The position numbers and the translations under genes are program-made. The notes beneath the pieces are model-generated. The model saw only the letters and a list, made by a program, of their open reading frames with translations. It did not search any database and was not told where the DNA came from. Below are positions 27,103 to 37,108 of a stretch of 64,000 bases of DNA, one piece after another. Every line of letters starts with the position of its first letter. Positions within the stretch are counted from its first letter, which is position 1. Origin of the DNA: an uncultured Candidatus Saccharibacteria bacterium (lineage in GTDB: Bacteria > Patescibacteriota > Saccharimonadia > CAILAD01 > JADZBC01); assembly GCA_964600985.1 (NCBI GenBank), contig CAZRJR010000001.1, positions 45,319 to 109,318 on the forward strand. Direction: 5' to 3'.

Positions 27103-27177
27103 TGGTGATCCCGCGGGGAATCGAACCCCGATTGCCAGGATGAAAACCTGGTGTCCTAACCGTTAGACGACGGGACC
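27103..27177 (-). tRNA. tRNA-Glu (anticodon TTC), CCA encoded
   Basis: The reverse complement reads GGTCCCGTCGTCTAACGGTTAGGACACCAGGTTTTCATCCTGGCAATCGGGGTTCGATTCCCCGCGGGATCACCA. It is closely similar in architecture to E. coli tRNA-Glu, and the anticodon loop is TTTTCAT. Confidence 0.85.
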
Positions 27178-27624
27178 TCGTCCAAGCATGAACTTTAGCT
27201 TCTCGTCTCGCAGTATGCAAGCCTGTCAGCTGCCGTCATGCTTCTCCACTCGATTTTGTAAACAGCTTCTAGCGTCGCTTCGGTTCACAAAATCGGTTAA
27301 GGTCTAAAACAGACAAATTAACCATGTAATAGTAGCATTTTAGTACCTAAGTTTCAAGGTGGCAGGCGCCCATAAAACGAAAGAACCCCACGGATTCTAT
27401 CCGTAGGGTATGTATGGTGTCCGCCTGGGGCGAGACCCGGGTGTGAACGATGTGTTCTGCCCGGGTCTCGCCCGACCCGCTCTCCGTGGTGTGGAGAACG
27501 TGGGGCTCCCCCTGTCCGGTGGAGGGAGGACCGCTTGGCGTGCGCCAAGCCGGGGGAGCCCCGAAGGTGGCCGGTCGCAACTGGGGCGGGCAGCCAGCGC
27601 GACCGGCCGATCTTGGCGGCTTGT

Positions 27625-28107
27625 TCAGCCGCCGTCGACCGGTTGGCCGACGCTCACCTCATTGGTCGAGGTGTCCACCACCTTGCACTTCACACCCTTG
27701 GTGTACGGGGTGGCGTGCTTGGCGTCCGGCGGCAGGATCTGGGCCTGTCGGCACGTTGTGACGACCGTGTGGCCATCCGTGGTCTTCACCACCTTCCCGT
27801 GGGTAACCATCACGTGGTCGCATCTGTTGCCATCCGCGAAGGTCGCGTCGAGGTTCAGGCTGTGCGCCTTCATGTAGGCGCGGTAGCCAGCCTTGATGGC
27901 ATCCTGCTGCCCCTGGCACTTGCCGGCGTTGTAGCCGTGGTTGAAGCCATCCTCGTAGCGGTGGGTGTGATACTGGGAGGCCCAGTAACACATTCCGGCG
28001 ATGATCGCCAAGCTGATCACAAGGATCGGCACGGCGGGGATGTAGGGGCGACTGCCAGTCACCCCATCGGTGCCCTTGCGGGCGGTGTCTGGTGTGGGGG
28101 AGGCCAT
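27625..28107 (-). CDS. hypothetical membrane-anchored/secreted protein on high-GC insert
   Basis: 160 aa with an N-terminal TM/signal segment (IPAVPILVISLAIIAGMCYWA) and an extracytoplasmic domain with 4 Cys. Its composition is more protein-like than the low-complexity Ala/Gly/Arg-rich antisense ORFs. Confidence 0.4.
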   Translation of the reverse strand: MASPTPDTARKGTDGVTGSRPYIPAVPILVISLAIIAGMCYWASQYHTHRYEDGFNHGYNAGKCQGQQDAIKAGYRAYMKAHSLNLDATFADGNRCDHVMVTHGKVVKTTDGHTVVTTCRQAQILPPDAKHATPYTKGVKCKVVDTSTNEVSVGQPVDGG

Positions 28108-29101
28108 GCCGCCCCTCCTTTCTGAGGTGCGTTCGTGATCCGGTTGATCACGAAAAGTGAAGCTATAATATCAGAAAGATAGCATTAAGTCAATACTCTT
28201 ATGGGGCTTAGAACAGAGAAACCCGCTTGAGTCTCTCGGATGTCCTTTGTGGGACGGTAGAGAAACCCAGGCGGGTGGTTGGGTGTGGTGCGTCGACTAG
28301 CTCTGGATCACCTGCCAGCCCTGCAGATGGCGGTAGAACATCACTGCGATCATGAAGAGCACAACCACAATGACGACACACAGGAGTTTGCACAGGAGCT
28401 CCCGATCTCCCGCCTTGACTGCCGTGTCCTGACGATCGTGCAGGTATGGCTGGGTGTAGGGCGCGTAGGGCCAGTATTTACGCATATCACCTTCTTTCAG
28501 AGGGTTGGCGCTGCCATCATGGCGATAACAGCGATGATGAACAGGATGGCGCAAGCACGCAACAGCGGTAGTAGAAGACATCGCCGACGTGGCCAGGTAA
28601 CGCTGGGTTGAACGGCTTGGCCAGGCCCTACGTAATGCACCCGCGGATGATCCGTGGTGTAGTGGCGCTGCATCACAGGGTCACGCTTCGTGCGCAAACT
28701 GCTAGCAAGAACCCCACCAGGATCACCAGGACCAGAAGGCCCCGACTGCCGATCGTCATCGCGCCGTCGCCATGACGATGATCAATCCCGCGATGATGAG
28801 TAGCAGCAAGACCCGACGAAGTGACCTTGAAGTGTTAGACGAACTCGTCTGACACTCGTTCTGCCACCATGGCTTCGGAATGCCGTACCTCGGTTCGCCA
28901 AGGCGACCGTCTTCACCATCACTTCCTTCCACTACATTACCTCCTGATTGTCGGTATGTTTTTTGGTTATTTCCAGGTGCTAAACAGCGTGGCTCAACTA
29001 TATTCTTGCAAAAAGGAAAAATCAATATATTTTCTCGATTGGTGTTTGTGCCGGATTAGCCTATAATAAAGCGTAAGAACTAAGATTAACCTGGGCGGCG
29101 G

Positions 29102-29920
29102 ATGAGTAATAGGGCTACATTGGTAGTGGCGAACTGGAAGATGCACCTGCGGGTGACGGAGAGCTTGGCGCTTGTGGAGCGCCTAGGTAAGCAAGTGGAG
29201 ACTAAGGCTAACACCGAGGTGGTGTTGTGTCCGCCAGTGAGTGCTGCAGGTACGATAAAGCTTTATATGGAGGCGCACGAGCTAGAATTCAGCCTGGGCG
29301 TACAGAATGTAAACGAGCGTGACGAAGGCGCATATACCGGCGAAGTATCTGCTGCTATGGTGCGGGGTTTAGCCAAATACGCCATTTGTGGTCATTCCGA
29401 GCGGCGTATATACAGTCGTGAAACAAGTAAACAGGTCGCAGCCAAAGTAGCGGCCTGTGTGCGCAATGGTATTCGACCAATTCTGTGTGTGGGCGAGAAT
29501 TTAACCGAGCGCGAGGCACGGCACGGTAAACGACGCGTGTTGGACCAGCTACGGGTGGGGTTGAGTCTAGTGCCGCGGAGTGAGGCTGGTGGGCTAGTAG
29601 TAGCTTACGAACCAGTCTGGGCCATTAGCACCACGAAGCATACTCGACACGCCAACCCTGACGACATTGCGCCTATGCTACAAGCTATTCGCCACGAGCT
29701 CGAGGAGATCTATGGCGAGGAGGTAGGCGCCCAAATTCGAGTGCTCTACGGGGGGAGTGTGGACAGCCATAATGCCGGTGCATACCTGGGTCTCGATGAT
29801 TGCCATGGGTTACTAGTAGGAAATGCAAGCCTAAATTGGGCAGAGTTTAGCGCTATAGTACGCACGGCCCAAGATCGCGACCGTGGACAGCCTCGACACC
29901 AAGCAGTTGGCGCCGTATAA
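29102..29920 (+). CDS. tpiA: triosephosphate isomerase
   Basis: Contains VANWKMH, CGHSERR and AYEPVWAI motifs. The C-terminal ~20 aa may be over-extended. Confidence 0.85.
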   Translation: MSNRATLVVANWKMHLRVTESLALVERLGKQVETKANTEVVLCPPVSAAGTIKLYMEAHELEFSLGVQNVNERDEGAYTGEVSAAMVRGLAKYAICGHSERRIYSRETSKQVAAKVAACVRNGIRPILCVGENLTEREARHGKRRVLDQLRVGLSLVPRSEAGGLVVAYEPVWAISTTKHTRHANPDDIAPMLQAIRHELEEIYGEEVGAQIRVLYGGSVDSHNAGAYLGLDDCHGLLVGNASLNWAEFSAIVRTAQDRDRGQPRHQAVGAV

Positions 29921-29965
29921 TACGGGGCAATAAACTAAGATTAGTAGTATCAGCAGGAGAAACAC

Positions 29966-30487
29966 ATGACCACACTAAGTTATGGCGAAAAAGCCCCCGA
30001 GGTAGTGAATGTAGTAATCGAAATCCAGCGTGGCGGACGCAATAAGTATGAGTACGACAAAGCAAGCGGACAGTTGGTGCTCGACCGAGTCAATGCTACT
30101 ATGCTGGGCTACCCGGCCGACTACGGCTATGTTCCTGGCACGCTCTGCGAAGATGGTGACCCAATTGATGCGCTGGTGGTGATCGACGAGTCTGTACCGC
30201 ATGGCGTAGTGGTGCCATGTCGGCCTGTAGGTGTGCTCTACATGGTGGATGGTGGCGAGAGCGACGAAAAGCTCATATGCGTGGCCGCCGATGACATTAC
30301 CAAGGACCATGTGCAATCGGTTGAGGACTTGGACGCCAACTTTAAACAGATTGTAGAGCACTACTATGCTCACTATAAGGACTGGAAGAAGGACTGGAAG
30401 GGTGCAGAAGTCAGCTTTAACGGTTGGGGTGACGCGAGTGAGGCTAGAAAGGCCATTGCTGATTCGATAGAGCGCGCTAAAGTTTAG
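29966..30487 (+). CDS. ppa: inorganic pyrophosphatase
   Basis: 173 aa. DGDPIDALV and the Asp-rich metal-binding motifs match family I PPase. Confidence 0.9.
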   Translation: MTTLSYGEKAPEVVNVVIEIQRGGRNKYEYDKASGQLVLDRVNATMLGYPADYGYVPGTLCEDGDPIDALVVIDESVPHGVVVPCRPVGVLYMVDGGESDEKLICVAADDITKDHVQSVEDLDANFKQIVEHYYAHYKDWKKDWKGAEVSFNGWGDASEARKAIADSIERAKV

Positions 30488-30559
30488 ACTGAAACCTTAC
30501 TCCTGGCCTCATAAAACTTCGACCTGGATACTGTAAAGCACAAGCTCTATAATAGTATT

Positions 30560-30862
30560 ATGTCAGCACATCGCTTATTCAGGAGAAATAAAAAAAGAGC
30601 TTTGAAATCCGGAAAGTCTGAATTTGATCGACTTGTCTACTTTGCAATCATAATCGGACCTTTACTCACACTTCCACAGATTTACACTATATGGGTCAAG
30701 GGCGAGAAGGGTGTCTCGGTTATTACATGGGGAGCATACTTGGTCGCGTCCGCGATATGGCTTATGTATGGACTGAAACACCGCGACAAGCCGATAATTG
30801 TGACGGAAGTAGTGTGGATAATCTTGGAGCTCTTCATTATAGCTGGTCTTCTAAGATTCTAG
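30560..30862 (+). CDS. SemiSWEET/PQ-loop family small transporter
   Basis: 100 aa with three TM helices. A PQ motif sits in TM1 (LLTLPQIYTIW). Confidence 0.55.
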   Translation: MSAHRLFRRNKKRALKSGKSEFDRLVYFAIIIGPLLTLPQIYTIWVKGEKGVSVITWGAYLVASAIWLMYGLKHRDKPIIVTEVVWIILELFIIAGLLRF

Positions 30863-31088
30863 AATTGCCTCGTTGCTTTGAGGCTGTAACAGGTTAGAAG
30901 TTACGAAATTTGATTGACAGACGAACACATTTTTAATACACTAAAGCCAATATAAAAAGCCAAATGCCAAAGCTATTCTCCCGGCAATTACAGAAGACCT
31001 AGTAAGGGAGCAAAAACAAAAGCCTATTCACTAACGAAAGAGGCTTATTATTTTACCTAGTTACAGACGTTACGGACGCAATCAGCCA

Positions 31089-32300
31089 ATGGGGCTAAAG
31101 GGGGCACGATCTCCGCTCCAGCGCTTACTAACACGGGCCAAGGCCTACATAACTCCGCGCAAGCTTATGGCGGGCGGAGCTGTTTTGGCGTTGGCGCTGC
31201 TCACTAATGCCTACGCGCAGAACAAACTTACCCTTAATAGCAAAGCCTACGCTGATGGTCAACACCTAGTAAGCGTGTATGTAGACGGCAACAAGCGTGT
31301 GGTCGCTACCTCGGCTAGTACAGTGGGGGCGGCTCTCGAGCAAATTAAAGTAGATTTGGGTAAGGGCGATGTGGTGGAGCCGGTGCTGACTACGGTGGTG
31401 GATCAGCCAATGTTTAACGTGAACATATATCGTGCTATGCCTGCTACTATATTCGATGATGGTAAGAGGGTGCAGGTACTGACTGGGTACCAGTCCCCGC
31501 GCCAGATTGTAACAGCTGCTGGACTAACTACTTACCCCGAAGACCTAGTGCAGATGGACCGTGTAGACGACTTTGCACTTGGCGACACGGTAGGCCGACA
31601 GATTACCATAACTCGGGCTAAGCCGGTACAGGTGATCCTGGCAGGTCAGGTGTATAACTTCCGTACTCAAAAAGCTACGGTGGGTGAGCTGTTCACCGAA
31701 AAAGGCCTGCAGGTAAGCGCCAGCGATGTAGTAAACACCGGCCTCAGCGAGCCACTTAGTTCGGGCCAGCGCATAGTTGTAAATCGCCTAAGCCAGAGCA
31801 TTGCGCAGTCCAAAGAGCCAATCCCAGCCGGTGTAAGTTATGAGTATGACGCGAACCAGCCAGTAGGCTATACAGCGGTAAAGCAAGCTGGTAAGGACGG
31901 TACCAAGATTGTGAGCTACCTGGTAAACCTTACGAATGGCGCCGAGACGAGCAGAAGCAGGTTGGACGAGAAGGTGCTCGAGCCTGCTGTAGCGCGTGTG
32001 ATAGTCAAAGGGAGTAAAACTGACGCTATTGGTGATAATGCAACTCTGTTATATAAGTTGAGGATGTGTGAGGCGGGGGGTGATTACAGTAAAAATACAG
32101 GCAATGGTTTTTATGGTGCATATCAATTCATGGACAGTACGTGGGATAAGTATGGTACGGGTTACGCTCTTGCATCCGACGCACCCCCTGCTATTCAGGA
32201 TTCTATAGCTCTTCGAAATGCTCGCGCTAGTGCTGGAGGATTTTGGTCTCAACATCCGGGGTGCTCAAAGATCCTTGGACTGCCGAAGTTTCCTTATTAG
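31089..32300 (+). CDS. RpfB-like protein (DUF348 repeats + G5 domain + Rpf/transglycosylase-like domain)
   Basis: It has a signal/TM segment, then repeated ~50-aa DUF348-like units and a G5-like segment (GKDGTKIVSYLVNLTNG). The C-terminus is RMCEAGGDYSKNTGNGFYGAYQFMDSTW, the Rpf transglycosylase signature (CESGGxW...GLYQFxxxTW). Confidence 0.7.
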   Translation: MGLKGARSPLQRLLTRAKAYITPRKLMAGGAVLALALLTNAYAQNKLTLNSKAYADGQHLVSVYVDGNKRVVATSASTVGAALEQIKVDLGKGDVVEPVLTTVVDQPMFNVNIYRAMPATIFDDGKRVQVLTGYQSPRQIVTAAGLTTYPEDLVQMDRVDDFALGDTVGRQITITRAKPVQVILAGQVYNFRTQKATVGELFTEKGLQVSASDVVNTGLSEPLSSGQRIVVNRLSQSIAQSKEPIPAGVSYEYDANQPVGYTAVKQAGKDGTKIVSYLVNLTNGAETSRSRLDEKVLEPAVARVIVKGSKTDAIGDNATLLYKLRMCEAGGDYSKNTGNGFYGAYQFMDSTWDKYGTGYALASDAPPAIQDSIALRNARASAGGFWSQHPGCSKILGLPKFPY

Positions 32301-32312
32301 GTATAGTTTTAA

Positions 32313-33131
32313 ATGGACTTATCGGATCGTAAAAATCTTAAATTAGCACTTAAGCTATCGGGTTTGGAAGCCAAAAAGTCGTACGGGCAAAATTTTTTGA
32401 TCGACCGAGACGCTTTGGCACGAATTGTAGGCGCAGCTCAGCTGCAGCCGACCGATACTGTGCTTGAAATCGGTCCAGGACTTGGCGTGCTTACCGATGA
32501 ACTCGTAAAACGGGCTGGGCGCGTAGTAGCAGTCGAGGCTGATGCCGAGCTGGCAGAACTGCTAGTGCGCAGAATGCCCAACAATGCTGAGATTGTGCAG
32601 GCTGATGCGCTCACCTATGACCTTAGTGTATTGCCGGCGGGGTACAAAGTGGTTGCAAACCTGCCATACTACATAACCTCGGCTCTCCTGCGCTCACTCC
32701 TGGAAGCAAACAACAAACCCACGAGCATTACAGTGTTAGTACAAAAGGAAGTCGCAGAGCGCATAATTGCCAAGCCGGGCAATATGTCGATATTAGCTTG
32801 CAGCGTGCAGTACTATGGCACACCAAGCTTGGTAGATATAGTTCCTGCCAGCAGCTTCTACCCTGCACCTAAGGTTGACTCAGCTATTTTGCACATTGAC
32901 CTCCATACCGAGCCGGCTTTCGCGGCTGATCCTAAATTGCTCTTTCGATTAATTAAGGCTGGCTTTGGCGAAAAGCGCAAAATGCTCCGTAATTCGTTGG
33001 CCGGCGGGCTGGCAATAACGTCCGCCGAGGCAGTAACGCTGATTGATCAAGCGGGCCTCAGGGAGACTGCCCGGGCGCAAGAGCTTGCTATGACCGATTG
33101 GCAGCGCTTGTATCATGCGCTCTATGTGTAG
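32313..33131 (+). CDS. rsmA: 16S rRNA (adenine1518/1519-N6)-dimethyltransferase
   Basis: Contains SYGQNFLID, LEIGPGLGVLT and NLPYYITS motifs. Confidence 0.9.
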   Translation: MDLSDRKNLKLALKLSGLEAKKSYGQNFLIDRDALARIVGAAQLQPTDTVLEIGPGLGVLTDELVKRAGRVVAVEADAELAELLVRRMPNNAEIVQADALTYDLSVLPAGYKVVANLPYYITSALLRSLLEANNKPTSITVLVQKEVAERIIAKPGNMSILACSVQYYGTPSLVDIVPASSFYPAPKVDSAILHIDLHTEPAFAADPKLLFRLIKAGFGEKRKMLRNSLAGGLAITSAEAVTLIDQAGLRETARAQELAMTDWQRLYHALYV

Positions 33132-33185
33132 TTCGATCTAGAGACTAACCTGAGCCGTGCTTAGGGCTTATGCTACAATAAGCAT

Positions 33186-35210
33186 ATGCGCTTTACTCGT
33201 TCTAAATCTCGTTTTCGTCGCCTGCGCGGACTTATGCTTATGCTGTTTGGATTGGCGCTCGTTAGCTTCGGCGCCCATAAGCTCTACGCTCAGAGTGATT
33301 TTGCAATCGACACCACGGTGACTTACCAAGTAGAAAGTACCGGTAGCACCAAGGTGATAGAGCAATACTCGGTGGCCGGGGCAGCTAGCAACAAGTACCT
33401 CGATAGCATTACGCTGTCTACGCCGGTCGATGATGCCAAGAACGTTAGCGCGGCCTATGCAGATGGTACAGCTATCCCGACCACTGTAGCTACCAAGAGC
33501 TCGGACCAGCAGGGCTACACATATAACTATGTCGAAGTTACGCTAAAGTTTCCACGCAAGAACGTTGGCGCTACGCCTTGGCAGTTTAGCCTAAGTTATG
33601 ACACACTCAAGCTGGTTGACACCAAGGGCACGGCACATACAGTATATGTGCCGGCTATTGCCGCCAGCGCTCAGCAAGACGCTAATTATACCGTGTATGT
33701 AACGGTTCCTAAGGACTTTGCTATGCCACACAGTTCGGGTGTAGTGCCTACCTCCGAAGGTATCACCAACGGTCGCGCTAAGTACAGTTTTACCCAGCAA
33801 GACCTGGCCAAGCAAGCGATCGCACTTACCTTCGGCGATCAAACAGTGTATAACGTGAATTTTAATTTCCCGTTGCGCAATGACGGCGCCGTAGCGCGTA
33901 CTATGACGGTTACGTTGCCGCCCGATACATCGAGCCAAAAGGTGTACATAAACTCACTCGATCCTAAGCCGAAAGCAACCCGACTCGATAGCGACGGCAA
34001 TATATTAGCCGACTTTACGGTACCTGCCCGCACCACTATTACGGTCAAAACTAATATTTCCGCAGTCGTAAAGTACTTAGAATACGACCTTTCGGCTGGC
34101 GGTGCCAAGGGCGACATCCCGGCTGATTTGGTAAAGACATATACAGCTCACACCCGTTATTGGCAGACTCTCGATCCAGATATAGTAATCAAAGCCAAGC
34201 AGGCAGCTGCTGACATACCTAAGGTCGCCGACCAGATCAAGGCCATCCAGAAGACGGTGGTGGATACCTTGTCATATAACGATAAGAAGATCAAGTACAA
34301 TGTGCGCCAGGGTGCCGCCAAGGCATTGCAGAACCCGACCAACGCGGTGTGCTTGGAGTATTCAGATCTCATGATTGCTTTGCTGCGTGCCCAAGGAATT
34401 CCGGCTCGTATGCCGGTTGGATATGCCTATACCGGGGATTTAAAGGCCTCGAAGGCCGTATCGGATTCGCTGCATTCTTGGGTAGAGGCATACATTCCTA
34501 ATGTGGGCTGGATAAACGTCGATCCTACATGGGGCGAAAAGTATGATAATTTCGGCAAGAGCGACTTGGATCACTTGGCCTTCGCGTTGTGGGGTGCGAG
34601 CGATAGTAGTCCGGCAGCTGTCATGGTAGGCACGGCTGACACCGGCTACCAGTACGAAGCTACGACTATTAGTTATGCGGGCGAATTACCTAAGCCAAAG
34701 TTAACTAATGCCGTGGTCGGTACACGCTGGGTGATTTTGCCCTACGTAAGCGTGGTACAGTACAAAGTTAGTGGCCCTGCAGGAGTAGCTGGCGACAATT
34801 ACGAACTCGTGGTAAGCGGCGCGCTCAACAAAACAATTGAGTTAGGTTCGCTAGCACCTAGCCAGCAAGTGGCGGGCTATATGCCACTAGTGGGCGCCGG
34901 TTACTTGGGCGCCGTAAACTTAGCGTTCAAGCAAACTGGTGATGTGCCCTCGGCACTAAGTAGTGCTAGTGCTCAGTCGAACTACTTGCCGCTGATAGGG
35001 ATAATTGCGCTTGTGATTGTGATCTGCTTGCTGCTGCTGTTAAAATGGATACTTAAACGCCGCAAGGCTCGCGCCAACGCCGCTTTGTGGAAGGGTGGTA
35101 AGCCCGAAGAGCGAGAGCAAGCGGCAGAACGTAGTACCGAAGAAATACTCAAGGACATATCTGTCCGCACCAAGAAGATTCAAAATGACTCCGACCAATC
35201 AGCCAAGTAA
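33186..35210 (+). CDS. transglutaminase-like cysteine protease domain protein, N-terminal signal, C-terminal TM anchor
   Basis: 674 aa. The transglutaminase core has Cys (NAVCLEYSDLMIALLRAQGIPAR), a downstream His (SLHSWVEAY) and an Asp (NVDPTWG). A C-terminal TM segment (LIGIIALVIVICLLLLL) and a KRRK tail follow. Confidence 0.7.
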   Translation: MRFTRSKSRFRRLRGLMLMLFGLALVSFGAHKLYAQSDFAIDTTVTYQVESTGSTKVIEQYSVAGAASNKYLDSITLSTPVDDAKNVSAAYADGTAIPTTVATKSSDQQGYTYNYVEVTLKFPRKNVGATPWQFSLSYDTLKLVDTKGTAHTVYVPAIAASAQQDANYTVYVTVPKDFAMPHSSGVVPTSEGITNGRAKYSFTQQDLAKQAIALTFGDQTVYNVNFNFPLRNDGAVARTMTVTLPPDTSSQKVYINSLDPKPKATRLDSDGNILADFTVPARTTITVKTNISAVVKYLEYDLSAGGAKGDIPADLVKTYTAHTRYWQTLDPDIVIKAKQAAADIPKVADQIKAIQKTVVDTLSYNDKKIKYNVRQGAAKALQNPTNAVCLEYSDLMIALLRAQGIPARMPVGYAYTGDLKASKAVSDSLHSWVEAYIPNVGWINVDPTWGEKYDNFGKSDLDHLAFALWGASDSSPAAVMVGTADTGYQYEATTISYAGELPKPKLTNAVVGTRWVILPYVSVVQYKVSGPAGVAGDNYELVVSGALNKTIELGSLAPSQQVAGYMPLVGAGYLGAVNLAFKQTGDVPSALSSASAQSNYLPLIGIIALVIVICLLLLLKWILKRRKARANAALWKGGKPEEREQAAERSTEEILKDISVRTKKIQNDSDQSAK

Positions 35211-36666
35211 GTTTTATGTAACCACGCCGATTTACTACATTAATGATCGGCCGCATGTTGGTCATGCTTATTCTACGATTGCGGCCGATGTACTGGCTCG
35301 TCATTGGCGTACCAAGCTGGGGGTGGAGAATGTAAGGTTCTCGACGGGCACTGACGAAAACTCCAAAAAAACAATCGAGGCCGCTGAGCAAGCTGGTAAA
35401 GACGTTGGTGCATACACTGACGATATGTCGCGGCTATGGCGCTCTACTTGGGACGAGCTCGGCATTAGTTATGACGACTTTGTGCGTACGAGCGAGGGTA
35501 GGCACCAGGTAAGTGTAGAGAGTTTAATAACCAAGATTTACGATGCAGGCGACATAAGCAAGGGAAACTACGAAGGTCCATATTGCTTCCGCTGCGAGGC
35601 CTTTTATAAGCCAGAAGAATTAGTGGATGGTGATTGCCCGATTCACAAAAAGCCAGTTGAAATTGTTAGCGAAGCCAACTATTTCTTTGATCTGCCCAAG
35701 TACGGTGAGCGGGTTAAACAGGCAATTAGCAGCGGAGAACTTGAGGTTCTACCATTGTCGCGCCGCAACGAGGTGCTGGCGTTTATAGATCGTGGATTGG
35801 AGAAGATTTCGATCTCGCGCGCCAATCAAGAAATTGGCCTGGAGCTGCCGTTTGATCGAACGCAAAAAACATACGTCTGGGTAGAGGCACTCATAAACTA
35901 CTTAACCGTCGCCGGCTACCCCGATATCACCTACTCACAGTGGTGGAGTAATTTGACCCATATTGTTGGTAAGGACATCATTAAATTCCACTGCATTATA
36001 TGGCCGGCTATGCTCTTGAGTGCCGGCTTAGAGCTACCAAAACGAGTTTTTGCCCACGGTTTCTTTACTATCGATGGCGAGAAGATCTCTAAGAGCTTGG
36101 GCAATACGATCGATCCAATCAAGGTAAGAGATGAGTATGGCAATGATGCGCTGCGCTACTTTTTGCTTCGCGAAATTCCGTTTGGTGCCGATGGCGATTA
36201 CTCCAATGAGCGATTCAATACGGTGTATGAGACTGAGCTTGCCAACGATCTAGGCAACCTTGTGCAGCGTGTGGCGGTGATGACAGCTAAATACTGTGAC
36301 GGAAGGTTTGTGGCTCAGGCTGTTAGCAGACCTCAGACTGTCAATGAAAAAATCGAAGAACTTAAGTTTGATGATGCGCTACGTGAAATATTTGCAGTTG
36401 TTAAAGAACAGAACCAGAATATCGAAGAAGCCAAACCTTGGCAGCTAGCTAAGACCGACCCACAAGCAACTCAGAAGTTGCTGAATGGCATTATTGTCGA
36501 ATTACTGTGGGTTGCCCGTTTACTTAAACCATTCTTGCCAGATACGGCAAAGAAAATTCAAGACACCTTTGCTGACGGCAAAGTCGATTCAGAGGTTGGT
36601 ATTCTGTTCCCACGGGTTGAAGTGGGCGGTTCTACACAATCGAGTGGCGGAGACAATAATGAATAG
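35185..36666 (+). CDS. metG: methionyl-tRNA synthetase (short form)
   Basis: The HIGH motif is PHVGHAYSTI, the KMSKS motif is KISKSLGN, and a CxxC/CxxH knuckle is present (CFRCE...GDCPIH). The internal Met at 35185 is preferred over the ORF-track start at 35095, which would overlap the upstream gene. Confidence 0.9.
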   Translation: MTPTNQPSKFYVTTPIYYINDRPHVGHAYSTIAADVLARHWRTKLGVENVRFSTGTDENSKKTIEAAEQAGKDVGAYTDDMSRLWRSTWDELGISYDDFVRTSEGRHQVSVESLITKIYDAGDISKGNYEGPYCFRCEAFYKPEELVDGDCPIHKKPVEIVSEANYFFDLPKYGERVKQAISSGELEVLPLSRRNEVLAFIDRGLEKISISRANQEIGLELPFDRTQKTYVWVEALINYLTVAGYPDITYSQWWSNLTHIVGKDIIKFHCIIWPAMLLSAGLELPKRVFAHGFFTIDGEKISKSLGNTIDPIKVRDEYGNDALRYFLLREIPFGADGDYSNERFNTVYETELANDLGNLVQRVAVMTAKYCDGRFVAQAVSRPQTVNEKIEELKFDDALREIFAVVKEQNQNIEEAKPWQLAKTDPQATQKLLNGIIVELLWVARLLKPFLPDTAKKIQDTFADGKVDSEVGILFPRVEVGGSTQSSGGDNNE

Positions 36667-37108
36667 TAATGACGATGTACGACATACGCAAGAACAGAGA
36701 GTAGACGACTTGATTCGCCCGCTTTTATATGGCGTAATGGCTACCGTCTCACCCCAAGGCAAGCCACAGTCAGCTGTGGTTGCTTTTTCTCAAACCGATC
36801 AATTAGAGCTCATTGTGGCTACAGGTAGTGATACACGCAAGTTTATTAATCTGAGTGCAAACCCATCCGTTGCTATGACAATTGGTTGGGATGATTGGGT
36901 TACGGTACAGTATGAGGGGATAGGGCAAATTCTCAAGGACGAAGAAGCAGAGCGGGCCAAGGCAATTCATATTGCCAAACACCCTGGTTCTGCTGAGCAT
37001 GCCAATAAGCCTACAGAGCGCTACATACACATCAAGCCAAGCTGGATTCGCTACTCGGATTTGTCAAAACATCCTGCAGAGGTGTTTGAGTTACGCTATG
37101 CTGATTGA
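36659..37108 (+). CDS. pyridoxamine-5'-phosphate-oxidase-like FMN-binding split-barrel protein
   Basis: ~149 aa from the internal Met (MNSNDD...). The pattern (SAVVAFSQTDQLELIVATGSDTRKFINL) is typical of the PNPOx-like/general-stress-26 family. The ATG overlaps the metG stop. Confidence 0.5.
   Translation: MNSNDDVRHTQEQRVDDLIRPLLYGVMATVSPQGKPQSAVVAFSQTDQLELIVATGSDTRKFINLSANPSVAMTIGWDDWVTVQYEGIGQILKDEEAERAKAIHIAKHPGSAEHANKPTERYIHIKPSWIRYSDLSKHPAEVFELRYAD

Noticed and set aside
27410-28125. Several long plus-strand ORFs (27410..27877, 27450..27761, 27535..28125) inside the high-GC block
   Set aside because: They have the low-complexity Ala/Gly/Arg/Val-rich composition typical of antisense frames in high-GC DNA. 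The minus-strand ORF 27625..28107 has a plausible signal/TM and more balanced composition. The other small minus ORFs (28297..28581, 28497..28697, 28756..29025) may encode small membrane proteins, but I could not support them individually.
36485-37108. Long forms of overlapping ORFs (36485 start; 36972 start; 35095 start; 48389 start; 55805 start)
   Set aside because: The upstream extensions overlap the preceding genes in another frame. The internal Met starts coincide with the conserved N-termini (TatD HxH, MetRS HIGH region, and so on) and were used instead.
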